From Perkinsus olseni (taxonomy: Eukaryota), in assembly GCA_013115125.1 (NCBI GenBank), contig JABANN010000354.1, positions 1 through 35,892 on the forward strand: a stretch of DNA of 35,892 bases. The letters are read 5' to 3'. Below, piece by piece: positions 8,557-21,305 of the stretch. Under the pieces are notes generated by a model. That model searched no databases. It saw only the letters and a list, made by a program, of their open reading frames with translations, and had not been told where the DNA came from. Every line of letters starts with the position of its first letter. Within the stretch, counting starts at the first letter, position 1. Made by a program: the position numbers and the translations under genes.

Positions 8557-11500
8557 TCAGCCTCGTCTGCCTACCTCTCTCTGTGACCTCAAGAGATTGG
8601 GTTGAACACCTATAGGGTATCTATGGGCGACGCTGAATCGAGCAAGGGGCGTCTTCAATGGTGACGGTGCAGACGCTAGGCCTGCGAAGGGCAAATCCGT
8701 GAGCCTTTCTGAAGTAGAATCATTACTGAAGGGAGTTCTCGCAAAAGCCACCGGCCTTGAGGTCGGTGTGAGAGGCGGGGCTGATTGAGTAAAGACAGCT
8801 GGTTGGATGAGAGGGGCACTCTGTGGTCGAGGGGGCGCCCGCGTCCTCACGGTCCGGGGGGAGGAGTCTCGATGCCTCTGGCCTTCTTCCAGCTCGGTTA
8901 AGCGCTGCAAGCAGACCCATACCACGGTTAACCGGAGTTGCGAGTTCCGTGACCTTCTGGAGATCCCTGTTCTCCATCTCCAGCGTTTCGTTTTTCCTCT
9001 TGACTTCGTCCGAAGACGCTTCGCACTCCCTTCTGGACTTCATTTCCCCCAATGCGTTGGCCAGCATCTTCTTAACGTCATTGAAATGCTGAGTCAGCGA
9101 TGATGACCGCGCAACGCGTATCGGACTACTCACAGTCCGCAAGAGTCCATTGATATCATCCTTCTGAGTCACCGAGTCCTTGGAGTCGAACGATACTGCC
9201 GTGCTACGTCGTTCCCTGCCCAGACTAGTGGTCGAGGCTATCTTCTTCACCGGCGATTCTGACGCGCTCGACCTTCTCCGCGGCGTCGGAGCCCCACCGC
9301 TCGGAGAAGGCGCCTGTAGTATCAGCTTGGCATCACCAATCATGCTGCTGAGAACCTGAGCATACAACAGAGGAATCGCACGCGATAAGAGGGGAGGGCA
9401 TAGATGGCCGAAAATAACGTTGAACGAAAGAAGCGCGCTATCGGTGAGGAACAGTTGGCAAGGTGGAAAGAAAGCGAACAGAAGTGAAGCCCTGGTGCAT
9501 CTCACTCTAGTCTGCCTCCTCATCGGACCACCACCATCACTTTGGTTCGGCTGAGCTTTCACCGCGGATGTCATGGCAGCTTGCAGGCGATTGAGGTTTC
9601 GGTTCTGCGAGAGTTGATTAGTAAACTCCTGCTGCGCCCTGAGGAATGATTCTCCTGACAGGAGCCGTGGCCGGGCTTCCTACTGGATGTCAGCGATGCT
9701 GGGCTCGCTCCACGGGTCGTTTACTTTGCCCTCAGGCGTAGCGAAATACTCGCCCGACAGGACAGCTGAGAAAACAGGCACACTTCGAATCACCTAGCGC
9801 GAGCCCATCTCTCGGACGCCGGTCATTGAGGAAAAGAAGGTAGCGGACGTAACCAAATATCTTGACCGGCGAGAATTTCACCGGTTCACCATCCTGATTC
9901 CACCGTGAAATCATCTCCAATTGCAGCAGCCACCCATACTCTCCCTAAGAGCTTACAATCTTTCTTCAAGTACCCCATAGTAACTTGATGATAAAGATCC
10001 CTCATCAACTCGAGACGCTGCATGAACTTGCTCAGGCCCCAATAGTACAGCACCTGCCGAACCCATACCGAGGCGCTACCGTCAACCATAGCTGATCCAC
10101 CTTCGGTCGGAGTGCTGCCTCTGTATCTGCTGAGGACTCCGTGTATTCCATCAGCCTTATAACGATCAGGTCCTCAGGCTCCGAGTTGAAGACATCCCAA
10201 ATGAGCTCTGCTTCGAATCTGATTATAGAGTACTGGCACTGGCCACTGACGAGGCGTCAATACTATAAATCACAATGAAGTTGTCATCACAGATAGCATC
10301 TCTATAGACAGGCCGAGAGAAAGAGCATGGCCTCGCAAATCCTCTCAAGAATTTACTTGTAGTGCCGATTAGGACGCAACTCCGTGGAGAGGTCATTGGC
10401 CTCGTCAATTAACGGGCATGCTGTCTTCAACACCTGACGACCGGAACATGACTATTAGCGGTGCAGCGGTCAGAAGTGCACTAGATCCATTCATCTAGTG
10501 AACTCCCATTCATGCTGCATTCTACTATTCAGTCTACCTCCAACCTTTCCAGTGCACAGCAGCTTCACCGATACCTCACCTTCAAGAACCCATCCAGCTT
10601 CTCTGATGATAGCTTGAGCCGCAACTCTTCAATGTAATGGCGCAGCTCCTGGACTCGAGTACCACTCCATGCACTACTCGTCTCCTTACCCGGTAGGCCT
10701 CGCTGCTGTCATCTTCTGCCATATCAGCAGCATACTGCTCATGGTCCTCTTCCTCCAGCACAGTCGGTCGCATCATCAACTACAGAAATCAATCCGAAAA
10801 CGATGTATGCCGGGCCTCCCACCGTCGCTCGTCGCCGGGTGGACGGGCCATCAACGACAGCGGCGGCGCTCTTCTTGGCCAACTTCAGTATCATTATCCG
10901 CATCATGTGAGCTCGGCCAAAGACAACTCTATCAAGGTGCTTCAATGTCTGGGGAGGGTCACCGTCTCCTACAGCCTGACCAAAAAATATCCACCACGCT
11001 CGGCCCAGATCAATCACAAGCTACCTTGCCATTGATGATGAGCCTCCCTCCGGCCTCCAGGGCCCTCTCCGGCACAGACAGCCTCAGTTCCGCGTCGCCG
11101 ATGTTAGATATGATACACAGCTGCGGTGGTATAGCCAAGCCATGCAAGACGATGTTATTGCTGTCAGCGGATCCGATCGTCGTCTCCTGAACGCATCTTT
11201 CAAGACTCTCACCATTGAAGGCATTCCACCAACCTCGTCTGTCTTCAAGTAATACAGCAGGCACCCCGACAGCATAGGGTCCTCAGAGATGTTGAGCATG
11301 TAAGGAGTATCGTGCGCTACGCCAAAGGCCGTGTTAATTTCATTCGAAGACAAGCCCATATCGTCCAAGGCCTCCTCTCGCAGTCGGAGTATCTCCTCGG
11401 ACGCTGCCAACTGATCAGAATACAAATCCTTCGCAGTGCGGTGAAGGACCTCAGCGGCGCCCCCACCTGAGTATCATAGGATTTCTTCAACTCTGCGACC

Positions 11501-14042
11501 AGCTGCTGCCTCTCGTCCAGCTCGAGGCTGAGCATGTCAACTTGCGAGTTACTCCGACTCATGCTCTGGAACTGCAGCTGGCTCCGGAGGGCCGATATCT
11601 GCCAGCGAGTAGCGAGGACACGACCCGGCCTTTCTCGGCTTCACCTACCTCATTCTGTAGGCTCTTGATCTGTTCGTCTTTATGATCTACATTAACTTTA
11701 GCAACCGTTTTGATTTTTTTCACGGAGGAGGCGAAGCGAAGCGTCGATAGGGTTTCTTCCGCCTCCGTACTAACAAGCGAATCGATGCAGAAGAGAAGCA
11801 TATCGAAGCCGTCAAAGCGACAGAGTGACTGCATCACTGGTCCGATACTATCACGGAGTCCGCTTCTAGCTGTATATGCTTCCGTCAACGCAATAATCGA
11901 GTCCACTATCAGGCGCGACGCAGGACCTCACCTCGCTGGACTGATACAGGCTATCATAAAGGTCTTGGAGTTCCCCACAAGAGAGTCCTTCAATAAGAAT
12001 GTCAGCTTGGACGACCGGAAGGGTATCCAAGTGGTGGCGGATGATGATGCTGACGCCGTACCGCTCGAACCAGAGTCTAAATCGGCAAACCCATCTCGCG
12101 AGAAGCCTGACGGTTATGATGACGGCGATGGCCCACCCATGCGTTTGGTCTGCGCATCTGACAGCTGCTTTATGACCATCCCTAGGGCACTCAAGCTCTG
12201 ATTGATCGCTCCAGCTTCCCTAAACCGAGCCAGAACGCTCGATGATATCCATTTAGGTGGCCCGCAAAAGGTACAAGAAGGACTCCCGCATTGAAACTGG
12301 AGAGGGAACGCTTCTACAAGATAGTCGCTCCCTGGCGAGTATCAGTTGATGTGATCTCATCTCACTCTTTCAAGCCACAACAGGCATATCCCCCTAGTAC
12401 TACTTCAGTCGTATTCCCGTTGCCCCCGTCTTCCCCTGCCTCTCACTACCAGCCAAATCAATAAGATTCACTCGTGAGCTCACTGTGGGGCCCGCTCGGT
12501 GTTTGCACTGAAGTCGGACCATCTTGAGCAGAGAGTCCAAGTGGGGACATATCCTACCTCCAGTTTGACCCGGAAGACCGCGTGACTCCGAGATGAATGA
12601 GCGTTCATGTTCGTAGCCCCTTCAGCCCTCCGCTTGAGACCATCTGACAGACATAATACTTTCTAACATGACAAAGTCTGATTCGATCACATCTGAAACC
12701 GACAGCAGCGCCACCAGACCTGCAACGGACAACGACATGGCTAACGCCCCCTCCTACATTCAAGCATCCGCTCGATATCCTCTTCCGACCGTACCACAAC
12801 TTCCGTGGCACCTTTAACATATACACCAAGGGATGGATGCTCCATAACAGAGAGGTCCTTGCCAGCCCTGCTGATCAGAGCGCTTTCAATGTCCGATTAG
12901 CACCAAGGCGGTACTCACTCTGAGGAGTCCACCAGCAGATCATGAAGATGCTCGTTATAGATCTCAAGATAAGATACCCATACCCGTATCTGAGCTCGCA
13001 CCATGCCACTCACCATCCAAGAAGGTCTCCCCACCTGCTGTAACTTCGCCGTTGCTTCCGCACTAAAAATCGCTCCATTGATCCGAGGTATTATACCCTC
13101 TTCCATATCACAGCCCGCCATCGTGTAAGACTTACCGGACCCCGTCTGGCCGTAGGTGAAGAGACAACCGTTGAAGCCTTTCATACCTAACGTGACGAAG
13201 CGAGAGCAGATCCCGGGGGTACAGGCCAACAACCGCAACCTTCCGAAATGTAGATATCATTCCTCGACTGACGAATCTTTGTCTTAGACTTCAAGGTCAT
13301 CACTCAGATGTCATTGTTGTGAGTGCCTACGACTCCTACGACTCACACCGATTGTTTCCGGTTCGGTTCAATTTACTACAGAAAGAGGACATAAGCGGCC
13401 AGCAATCGTAGCGTATCAAACACCTTTCCGCGGCGCAGAATTCTGCCGTCTTAACCTTCTCACCGGACTTACAGTTCTCAACGATGGTATGGCCGATGTT
13501 GTCATAAACGATCTCCTGAGTGGCGTAGTTGGGAAGGGACCGATCAGAGCTGTCGAATGCATAGTCGTAGCTGAAGCTACGCTCCGCTCCTCGCTCCGTC
13601 TGAGAATCATACACACATAATTTCGAGCACCTAACGGACACACTGATCCCGGGAGAAACAGCGAGAGCCTCGGGCCATCAAGGCTGGCTGCGAAGAACAC
13701 TGACGGTCGGGGGAAGGACAACTAATCAGGGAAGCAGCTTCAGCGATGCAACAACGACCAAGCATGGGATGCAGTTTATGCTCCAGAGAGCAGGGCTACA
13801 AGACCTTTCCGAACAAATCACTCAGACCGTCCGCGTTTCGATTTTCCCGTTAATAGTACTGTAATCCGAACATCAGTATCGTTATCTATCTTGACCATTG
13901 GACTCCTCCCAGCATCCTTCCCTGCACGCAGCATGAGCATGTTATGGGGGTAACTTCGGAGACGCACTGCCACTCGAATATTGTCGGCAACTCCGCCGGA
14001 AGTCGACGCGGCAGGAGCGGTGGCACGGGTGGGACGAACCAT
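8557..14042 (-). CDS. Kinesin-3 family motor (KIF1/KIF13/KIF28-like) with FHA domain, multi-exon
   Basis: Exons encode [18 protein letters not shown], the P-loop [67 protein letters not shown] and [11 protein letters not shown]. They continue with [20 protein letters not shown] + FHA ([15 protein letters not shown]), a KIF1-type [17 protein letters not shown] segment and a coiled-coil tail. Last exon stop at 8557. Confidence 0.92.
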
Positions 14043-14657
14043 GAAGATGATGATGACGACAAGACACTACGATTTCTCTTTCTTTATGAAACTCGGAAAC
14101 TTCTCGTTGGGCAATCACTGGGAAGCGATAGAAAGAGTAACAGTAAATCCTGGCATGACAGCCGAAGTCCCATCGCGGCTTCGCAAGATGAATCTCAGCT
14201 TCCCTCCGCTGATCGATAATGCTGCTATCTTCTCAGCCTACCGCGCCTACCCTCGGCCGTCCTTCCATTCACGCTCCAGATTTGACAACACAATGAGCAC
14301 TCTGATATGGCGAAACTGCGATAACAGAGGAATTACCGCTAAAAAGGGAACCTAGACCCATAGACGAATCGGAGCCATTAAGGCCCACCAAAGATTCACT
14401 GGAAAGCGCACCATGTGCCGCTCGGACTGTCTGTGAGGAGTCCGAACCTCCATGGAACAATAATGGTGATATCGTAACAATATTGCATTGAAATAAAGCA
14501 GCTCCGTTGAAGTCTCTCGAAGGAGGAAGGATACACTGTACTGGAGTTATACAGAATAATATACACGACTACTACGGATACTATGGCAAGGCGATAGGAC
14601 TTCGACGATCGAACAAGTAAACCCCAGGTCACAGTGACCGAAGCCTGGAGACTCTGC

Positions 14658-16354
14658 TCACATCGGCGCAGACCTTCTCCTGGACCCTATATCCCCCTTT
14701 GGTCTATAGAAAGCCCGAGCAGGTAGTATGGAGATGTACTCTCCCGCGATATGATCGGCCTCCTCGATAGCAGGATAATCCATTCTCTCGACTTCAGCCA
14801 CTGAGAGATCCTTCGAGTCCAATGCCTCCGCTTCATACATCGCCAGCACCTCCCATCGGGATCTGATGTTCCTGCGGAGCGCCTTCGTGAGACTGCTCGA
14901 GGGGAAGCTCACATACAAGGGTTCCACCAATTTGCGGAAGAAACCCAGCTGAATCTGCAAGTACGCCCTCGGACAGTCAGCTCTCGCTGGTATTGCATTC
15001 GGAGGCTGCTTCCCCTGTGCAAAAAATAGATCTCTTTCATGGCCAAACTCCTCTAGGACCACAGCCGACCACTTCAGCATAGCCGTTCTAGTTCGAGTAG
15101 GATTACACAAGTCGGCTGCATGAAGCAGAATCGTGAGTCGATCTTCCAAAGAGCACTTCTCGTATTCCTTCGCCTTCTCCACCCACATGTTATGGACTTG
15201 CATGTCCGTCCCCAAAATCATCTTCTCTATCAACTGGAGGCTTTCCTTTCCTATGAACTCCGCAACACCAGTCTCCTCCAGCAACCGAATCGTCTCACGA
15301 GCATGCATCGTCTCCAGAGGGTGCGTATCGTCTTCATCACCATCGCAATTGAGAATAGCGTACCAGTTGGAGTAGCCCGGGTGGTTGATATCATGACCAA
15401 GGGCTGCGCAGTAACATATTATAGACAGCATCGGGTCCAGATGGGGCTCCTTCTCAGATATCAACATGTACAGGGCGAGCGCCACATCGGTCACGTGGAT
15501 AGGATTGTGAAACGGCGCATTATTGTACCCCAGTTCGACAGCCTCGGCGAACTTCTGCAATGAGCTTCGCAGGTCCCTGATAATGATCGATTCCACCGCC
15601 CGCGAGACGAGTAGAAGAATAGAAAAATATATCGAACTAGGATGGCCGCTAGAGAATACTCGAGAACGCATAATTCCACTCTCGATCAACAACCCGCTGG
15701 TTTTCCCTTCGGATGAAGCCGTGCGGGCCATTCTTGGCGGCAACATTGCCAACCCTGATGCTTCGAAGTCCCTAGACGTTGGTAAGAGAGGGTCGTAAAT
15801 AGCGTCACAGTGACGCTGACTCTCGAGTCCACAGTAGATGCAGTGACGCCGTCACTGCATCTACTGTGGACTCGAGAGTTTGGAAACAGTGGAGAATTAA
15901 TGACCCGCTGGTTCTCCCGTCGGAAGAACTCGCCCCCTCCCACAGTCGAGCGGTGCGTGGTACGAAGCGCGGCCGCCCACTACCTCTTCCTCCTCTCCGG
16001 TAGGTCGACATTCCGCAAGACGTCGTCGAATATCGCCATCGCCGCCACCGGTAGTACATCATACTTGTTTATAAAATTGGATGCAGCGTAGTCGAAGATG
16101 TCAAAGCTCGGCGAGAGTAACGTTGCGAGATCCGGCAGGTCTGACGGGAGCCTGGCAAAAATGACGCCTCCAGGGACGGTCGAGCGCACAGTAGAACGGG
16201 AAAGCTCCTCCCCACAAGCGCACCGTACGAATTAAAGTCGCTGCTGTCAAGGGTATTACCGCGGCGACTCGCACATCTCCTTCGTCTTTATCTTCGGGTA
16301 ACTCATCAACTTCTCTAACAGTGGCTCTGATAACTGACAAGGAGGAGTTGCCAT
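14658..16354 (-). CDS. Class I 3',5'-cyclic nucleotide phosphodiesterase (PDE-B), 3 exons
   Basis: MATPPCQLSEPLL...ESPR|LPSDLPDLATLLSPSFDIFDY...PERRKR|DLRSSLQKFAEAVELGYNNAPFHNPIHVTDV, then LGHDINHPG, LETMH, GTDM, HAADLCNP, QIQLGFF. Second intron 15577-15983 (407 bp). Start codon uncertain (16354 or 16447). Confidence 0.9.
15711..15796 (+). pseudogene. Captured 86-bp fragment of an aminotransferase gene (exon end plus intron start) inside the PDE-B intron
   Basis: 75/86 identical to 22988-23073. Translates DEAVRAILGGNIANPDASKSLDV vs DEAVRAILGGNAANADALKSLDV and continues into the donor gtaagagaggg. Confidence 0.9.
15819..15879. repeat. 61-bp perfect palindrome (30-bp arms, 1-nt loop), preceded by a 17-bp palindrome at 15801-15817
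   Basis: actctcgagtccacagtagatgcagtgacg-c-cgtcactgcatctactgtggactcgagagt; agcgtcac-a-gtgacgct. Confidence 0.95.
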
Positions 16355-16879
16355 CAAAAAAACGGTGGACAACCAAACAAAGGTGTTGACTCTGAAAACG
16401 ATGAGACGTGAGAGTAGGAGCTTTACCGGAATCTGACATGCTATCATCGATGACGACGCTGGGCTACCAACAGTGGCAGCGATAACTGAACGACTACAAC
16501 GGAAAGGGGATTCCGAAAAGAGCGAACGAAAATGACCCTCTTGTAGGAGCAGGGCTCTCTAGAATGGACAACAATAGCGCCGTACGCGAGCACAACGGTA
16601 GGAGGTTGAAAAATGATTACAATGCACAACTTCACGTAACTTGGGGACGAGCGGAAGACAGCGGCACCGATAGAGGGCCCTTGATGAGTCTAGGAGTTGG
16701 GATAGTTCATTATCCGATAAGTAATGACAATTACAACAGCACCAAGAGAGACTACTACGATATTCATACTGGCAGGTGCAGCCAGAGTAAATAGATAATG
16801 ATCATGATTGTAACTACGATATTGCTATTGTTCTCATCAAAGGCAACTGATCATATTCAACATATTCAATGAAAGAGAG

Positions 16880-18052
16880 TCACAGAGAGGAAGCGTAGGC
16901 GTCAATGACGTCCTGCCTGGTACGGATATTGTCGTCGATGTTCTTCAACCACACCCAAGAGCCGGAGTCCAGCATCGCCACCAACAGCGGTCTCACGAAG
17001 AACTTGCTGAAGCCCACCTGGGCCGAGGCCAAGGAAGCGTTGCATGTAGCCCTAGGGGGGAGGGTCGACGGCGGATCGGAGCCTCTGGCGAGAAACAAGT
17101 CACGCTCATTCCAAAACTCACGCATACATCGTATGGACCACTTCTGCATCACTCGTCGACTCCTAGCAGGGTTGGAAATATCCGCCGCGTGCAGCATGAC
17201 ACACAAACGATCTTCCTTAGACAGGACGTCGAGGCACTTGGCCTTGTTAACCCACATGTTATGTTGCTGCATATCAGTAGCAATGATCATACTGTGGACG
17301 AGATTTATACGGTCCCTCCCCAACAGCTCCGCCAGACCCGACTTCTTCAGCATACGGACGGCCTCTCGGGCGTGCAGCGTCTCCAAGGGGTGGGAGTCGG
17401 CGGGGTCGATGGACTCCCAAAAGGCAAGCACGAAGCGATTGGAGTAGCCTGGATGGTAAACGTCGTGAGCTAGGGCGGCACAGTAGCAGGCGAGGAGATC
17501 CAAAGACCCAAGACCAGGCTCGAAAACTTGAAGGAGATGGTGTAGGGCAATAGCCACATCTGCAGCATGGATGGCATTGTGAAAGGGAACCTCATGATAA
17601 GCCTCTTGAACCGCTACCAGCCACTTCATCGCCTTGGAGTACCTGTGATGGTCGACTTCTGTGAATGCGGGGATACGACACCGTACCACTCATCGCCCAA
17701 ATCCGCCATGACTCGCTTGAATAGGAACATCCCCACTGTTTTCAAGACGTCGGCGGGATCCCGAAGGCCATCGACGAACTCGAAGATGTCCCAGTTGAAG
17801 TCAGTAACTGCTTTCTCCAGCTCAACCGCTTTCCAAGAGGGGTAACTGAGAAGTGAAAGAAATCTTCATGGTTGGTTCTCCGCTTCGGCAGCACGGTCTT
17901 CCACTCGACCTATTCCGTATCTTGCGCGGTTCAAGCTAAGATACCTACCCTTCGGAATCTTGCGTCGATATCGAAGACACTGAACTAAGACGTTTAGCCT
18001 TGAACACTTCACAAGTGACCTTCATGAAGTTCCCAAGACATGACGGAGGCAT
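16880..18052 (-). CDS. Class I 3',5'-cyclic nucleotide phosphodiesterase (PDE-A), 3 exons
   Basis: MPPSCLGNFMKVTCEV...DSEG|YPSWKAVELEKAVTDFNWDIFEF...LGDEW|YSKAMKWLVAVQEAYHEVPFHNAIHAADV, then LAHDVYHPG, LETLH, ATDMQQH, HAADISNP, MREFWNERD, AQVGF. Intron 17643-17686 (44 bp). First exon less certain. Confidence 0.9.
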
Positions 18053-18683
18053 CAGTGATCTCGCCTGATGCAAGGCTAACTGCTACATCCACCAAATACA
18101 GAAAACAACAACACCGTCCGCACGCGAAGCAACCGCGGGAATACGTGTGCATGCGTGCAGATGTGCTTGCGTTCAAATCCAACATCAACGACCCCATCCG
18201 TAATAACCCTTCATGAACCTTGGATACCCCCCAATTCAGTGAAAAGTCTGGCACGACGACCTCACTGCTGATACAACGCAAGACTGTGATACAGAAAATC
18301 ATCTTTTACTCGACCAGCCCTGAAATGGCGATGATGACCACACCGCACCCGCACCCGGTCGATTGCCATTATCAACACTCGAGGATGATACCGAAGACCA
18401 GCCGTTCGTCGCGGAGGGCCTGAAGGACACGAAACGACTGTAGAAACTACTGAAGAGGCCGCCGAATGAGAGTGAGCTTACTGTCGTTGAGAGACCCCGG
18501 CGGAAGACCATGTTGACGTTACTGGCGCTGCTGCTGATGATGACGACCAGCTCGAGTTGGTGACAGTCGCTCTGTTGGGCACAGCGGAAGACCATCCACC
18601 AGCCGTGGCAGTCACAACACCAGATGATGACCACGATGATGTTGGCGGCCGTTTCTGATCACAAAGATATCCAAGCTCGACGC

Positions 18684-19085
18684 TTATACTCCGCCCGTCA
18701 CCTCCGTCTTCTCTTTAGGCGTTGGACTGCCACGGCTCGTCTGCTGTGGCTGTTGACTGCCCCCTGCCGCGGCTGCCTTATCAAAATCTTCCTCAGCAAA
18801 GCCATCGATGAAGGTGAGGGGATCTATCACCGGCGTCCGGTAAAAACGCTGGATGTTCTTCAACGACACGTACCACTTCAAGTACTCATCATAGGACTGA
18901 TCAAGGACAGCACCGTCTTTCCGTTGCAGTCCTGATAGACCCACCATCTGCGCAGGGTCGGCAGCCAACAGCTTCTGCAATTCAGCATCCACCACTTCCC
19001 TTTCAAGCGGCTCTTCCTCAGTCTTCTCTATCGGAGCATCCAGAGCATTCAGCACTGGCATGAACAAGTGAATCAACTGCGGCAT
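18684..19085 (-). CDS. Hypothetical acidic protein (~130 aa)
   Basis: Open frame with protein-like composition (EKTEEEPLEREVVDAELQKLL...SYDEYLKWYVSLKNIQRFYRTP), starting 85 bp after the RFC stop. No family recognised. Confidence 0.45.
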   Translation of the reverse strand: MPQLIHLFMPVLNALDAPIEKTEEEPLEREVVDAELQKLLAADPAQMVGLSGLQRKDGAVLDQSYDEYLKWYVSLKNIQRFYRTPVIDPLTFIDGFAEEDFDKAAAAGGSQQPQQTSRGSPTPKEKTEVTGGV

Positions 19086-19169
19086 CACCGGCAAACGGCC
19101 CTCCGATCACAACACGGTCGGGCAGGGAGCCTAGGAAACGTTGCATTTGATTAAGCAGGAAGGAGGCCC

Positions 19170-20721
19170 TCATGCTCCTCGCTGCTGCATCTGGTGCAGG
19201 TTATCGGAAGCTGCGCACATAGCCGCCACCAAACCTACGGAGACCTCATGACGGACGCAGAGACGCTGAGTCAGGGCGTGTACCCGACAGTTGGACTCGC
19301 GACTGTAGCCCTTCGCTCATGCGCATCCTGCACATCGCGATCTCCTTCAGGAATCTGACCATGGCCATCGTCGTTGGCTACGGTCGGCCCTCCTCCCCAG
19401 CAGCTACTCTATTTTCATAGCCTCGCTCAGCTCCTCCGGCTGAGCGAGGTTTCTGATGACTCTCTCCAAGGTGCCAACTATGTCTCCGATGCTGTAGCCC
19501 TGTGAAATGGACTTGACCGCGAGCTGACCGCGATGACGCTGACCGCTGCGTCTACTTGTGTAGTGATTTTATTCAGCCTGTCAAAGGCTCTGCACCAGTC
19601 GTTCTTAACACAATCAAAAGTAGCCTGTTTGAGCTCTCCCGGCTGAGGCTGATCGCAGACCTGCTTCCCATGATAACATCAATCCCGATGTCGATCAACT
19701 ACCTTAAAGACATTCTCCTTAGTAACAACACCAAAGCCAGTTGCCGTCGATTGAAGGTTATTCAACGCAGCTCTCATGTCCCCCTCCGCAGTGAAGATGA
19801 GGGCCTCCAGACCATCGTCATGAAGCTGCACTTTTTCCACTGAGGCAGCAAACCGAATCAGGATCGAGCCCCTCGCCATGACGACATACTACCCTCAGCA
19901 ACCCTCTTGACCTGTGTGCTTATATCGGAGTCCTTCAGACGAGTAAACCTCACAATAGCGCATCGGGACTGGCAGAAGGAGGCGACGGTGATCAACAACA
20001 CCGAAGCTGCCACCCTACCTGGATGGGTTCAATGATCTTAGTACTTTGGTTGCACGCCAAAGCAAATCGTGTAGTGGACGAGTGGATCTCCATCGTGCGT
20101 CGCATCGCCTAAGAGCAACTCTCCCCTACCCACAGCTTAGCCCGAGCAGCACCTGTTGAGCAGCCTCAGTCATCGAGTCAGCCTCATCCAGAATAACAAT
20201 CTTCTGCTGACACCCTCCAGCCGGCATTGAGATCTTCTGCTGAGCGAAGGTCTTGATTCTGTTACGGACCTGCTCCGGTGGGATAAGCATCTCTGTGAAC
20301 TCCACCAGTGGACCCTACCACATCGATACCCCTATCATCGGACGCGTTGAGCTCGAGTACTGCCGTCTTAACAAGGTCGTCCCCCAGCAAGGCTCTGGCC
20401 AGGCACATAACACTGAAGAGCACACGAGAGAGACTAATTGATGACACCAGCGTCGAATACTCGCGAACGCTACGGGACCTTACCTAGTGGTCTTCCCACA
20501 GCCAGGGGGGCCCGAAAGGAGGAGATTGGGCATATGGCGATCCTCGGCCATCGCACTGACGACGCGCGGACATGGACTTAACCAGCGTGAAGGGAGAATT
20601 ACCGCAGCCTTTGCATGGCAGGTTCGTTGCCAACAACGTCGGTGAGATCACGGGGTCGATACTTCTCCACCCAAGGCAAGCCTACCACTGCTGCTGGCGC
20701 TGATGATGCGGTAGAGGCCAT
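19170..20721 (-). CDS. RFC2: Replication factor C small subunit (human RFC2 / yeast Rfc4 type), multi-exon
   Basis: Splices cleanly through GT-AG introns: [98 protein letters not shown], ending ...MQQRGA*. Confidence 0.93.
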
Positions 20722-21260
20722 GACCACTACTAGGGGTGTTGAAAAAGTACCGAGCTGTAACGAGGCGATACCGGTAGCAATACATAAGACTGTATTGGCA
20801 TCTCCCACTCAGTCGTACCCTAGTACCCCCTATACCACTCCCCGGTCACATCAAAAGTGTTGTTAGGCGTCCTTAAAGATTGCCCTGCGGCGAGTCTCGA
20901 ACACTCTGTCAATTAGTTCACTTTGGGTACGTATCAACCTGTGGGGCTACCGCCCACTCGACCTAACTCTAATGATAATAGGTTCATCATTTAACCTTCC
21001 CTTCCGTAACTTCCACCCGCGAGTTATCGAACCAGAGGCCGGGAAGTCGCGAAAATCTGTTCGATAGTTGGAATAATGAGACAACGGAGAGCGTTTTTGA
21101 AGAGGATACTACGGGAGAGATGGTTCCCTGAAGAACGCTCCGGTGACGGCGGAGGGACTCTGGTCCTCTCGTCACGTTGAGGATGGGGATACGATCGATA
21201 GTACACCGGCCGGACACTACTCAATCAGTTACTCGTCGAACTTACGCTGGCAAAAATAGA

Positions 21261-21305
21261 TGCACTGACCGGGGATCGAACCTGCGCCTCTGGCAAGGGA
21301 AATGA
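21261..21305 (-). pseudogene. Degenerate 3' half of a tRNA (Gly-GCC-like)
   Basis: Minus strand reads tttcccttGCCagaggcgcagGTTCGATCCccggtcagtgca followed by tctattttt. It has a B-box, a Gly-type acceptor end and a T-run, but the 5' half is missing and the anticodon and T stems are broken. Confidence 0.5.

Noticed and set aside
13250-13315. C-box-like GTGATGA in a long kinesin intron (possible C/D snoRNA)
   Set aside because: No downstream CTGA D box or terminal stem found.
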